Origin: Sminthopsis crassicaudata
Taxonomy: Eukaryota
Direction: 5' to 3'
Length of the DNA: 64,000 nucleotides
NCBI RefSeq assembly: GCF_048593235.1
Contig: NC_133618.1
Span: 457,257,294 to 457,321,293, forward strand
Part shown: piece by piece, positions 62,501-64,000 of the stretch
Layout of the letters: each line of letters opens with the position of its first letter
How positions within the stretch are numbered: the stretch's first letter is position 1
Notes under the pieces: model-generated
Seen by the model: the letters and a program-made list of their open reading frames with translations, nothing else
What the model was told of the DNA's origin: nothing
The model's database searches: none
Program-made: the position numbers and the translations under genes

Positions 62501-64000
62501 ATGAAAGGATGTCTAACAAATATAGTCCTAGAGCTAACAGAGCCATTATTGTCAGAGCAGCCTGGGTTCTCTGCAGGAGCGAGACAGGCACCGACCGCAT
62601 TGTCCCATTGGTCTAATCGAGTGACAGACCCTTGTACAGATGAGAGTCTTCCTATTGCTGCCATCCATTCTGATGAGCAGGATCTCAACACAAACAGCCA
62701 GACTGAGGGGTCCAGAGATCCATGACCAATAGGAAAACTCTCTAGCCTCACTTAGGAGATGTCTGTATCGACAACTGAGTGGGCTTGGATTACCCAGCCC
62801 CTGACATATACCAATATTCTCTCACCCGATCAATTATAGCAGGAGCCCAGTGCAGCCTGCTGGAGACATTCTAATCGAGATGAGGCACTGGGGAAACAAA
62901 ATAAGATAAAGACATGAGGAGTGGGGGTAGACTAGGGTTTGCACAAAGAAGGAGAAATGAGAGCAAGGGAAAGGAAAGGGGAGCGTGGGAGGAGAGGGAA
63001 CAAGCAAATGTTCGAAGGAACCTGCATTTGTTTTGCTATCCTGGCAATTAATGCTCGAAAGTGACATTTTTAAGGGGCTCTTGTGACAGCTTTAGTGACA
63101 TTACTGTTTGTGGTTTGATGACAAATCTCAGTCTATATCTTATTTTAGAGAGCGCCGAGACAGCTCTGAGGACTGTTGCCTGGGGATGCCAAGCTCAACT
63201 CTGACAAAGTCACCCTTTTTGCCTAAGCCCAGGCATTTAGAAACAATAGATATAGTCTAGAAACAGAAGGGAAACTACAAGAAGGTAAAAGCTTGTAAGT
63301 AGAGCCAGGGTTTGTTGTTCACTCTTGATGGGGCAATTTATTAATTGGAGTTAGATGAAGTACTTTAGTAATGGAAACAAATGTTTTTGTTTTTTTGTTT
63401 TTGCCTTTAAAGGGGAAAAATAAAAATAAATAAATGAAGGAACTATCTCATATCTGGACACTTTGTAGGCTGACCTCTGAAGCTCATTTTCAACTAACTA
63501 GACGCTTTCTGGCTTCTATAATGTCCTGAGAAGGCAAAATGATCGCAAGTAAAATTTACAAAGCCACATCCAAGGCAGGCATTGAAAGAAGAAGGCTGAG
63601 AATCGCTACTCATGGCATTGACCCTATCTCTAAAATGCGCAGTAGAGAGTGGAGAATGTGTTTGAAATCAGAAGGTATGCCATTTTTCCTCCTATACGGC
63701 AGATGCCAGGAATGGATGGGTGGTGATAGCAGGCAGCTTTTCTTGGAGATACAGAGAATTTCTCAGGGCTGGAAAGATCAAATAAAGAGCTTTGCCACCG
63801 ATTTGTAGCTCCTTCATGTTTCACTGGACCATGTGATTAGGGGAAAGGGAATAAATGTTTACATAGTACCTACTATGTTCCTGGCACTATGCTTAGTGCT
63901 TGACAGGTATTATCTCTGTGGATCCTCATGGATCACAGAATCACAGACAGAGAGCTGGCAGGGACATTGGATTCTAAGAGAGTGTAGAAACCATCTAGTC

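Larger units (their letters stand above)
6347..64000 (-). other. ASTN2: ASTN2 intron upstream of the exon (intron 3 equivalent; continues past the window edge)
   Basis: No match to the preceding ASTN2 exon (...QRRWQKRRRIPQKSAS...VDFEKK) was found by eye. ASTN2 is known to have very long introns. Confidence 0.75.

Noticed and set aside
62387-62751. Overlapping 108-aa and 112-aa ORFs as the upstream ASTN2 exon or a WD40 gene
   Set aside because: There is no match to the expected ASTN2 exon 3 peptide, and part of the region is a CR1/L3 RT remnant (NIFINDLD).
6347-64000. Intronic snoRNA, tRNA, miRNA, NUMT or endogenous non-retroviral virus (I recall a SNORA70 copy in the human ASTN2 intron)
   Set aside because: No such sequence was recognised by eye, and the tRNA-like A/B boxes all belong to SINE heads. 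An Infernal/Rfam scan and a tBLASTn against viral proteins would be needed to exclude these formally.

Overview
Marsupial genomic DNA, most likely dasyurid (inferred from WSINE1, MAR1/MIR, WALLSI-like and marsupial L1 repeats). The window lies inside the astrotactin-2 gene (ASTN2) on the minus strand. It holds one 150-nt coding exon (6197-6346, the AEVTQETVESLMQKFKESF...RRKRRSKSR cassette, equivalent to human exon 4); the rest is intron, about 6.2 kb downstream and at least 57.6 kb upstream. No other protein-coding exon was recognised, and the supplied ORFs are transposon remnants, low-complexity sequence or chance ORFs. The most unusual elements are: (1) a decayed DD34E Tc1-type transposon with a recognisable TIR and TA site at 1-1245; (2) a young WSINE1 with intact TSDs that is split by about 296 bp of older sequence with a hairpin at the junction; (3) a young CpG-rich 598-bp solo LTR; (4) a scrambled L1 with a 38-bp inverted duplication; (5) an internally deleted L1 that keeps both ends; (6) a poly(A)-only insertion with a 15-bp TSD; and (7) a SINE-head-derived minisatellite plus a possible cryptic poison exon next to the ASTN2 exon. 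I found no convincing new multi-gene system. Repeat family names come from recognition of the sequence, not from a database search.
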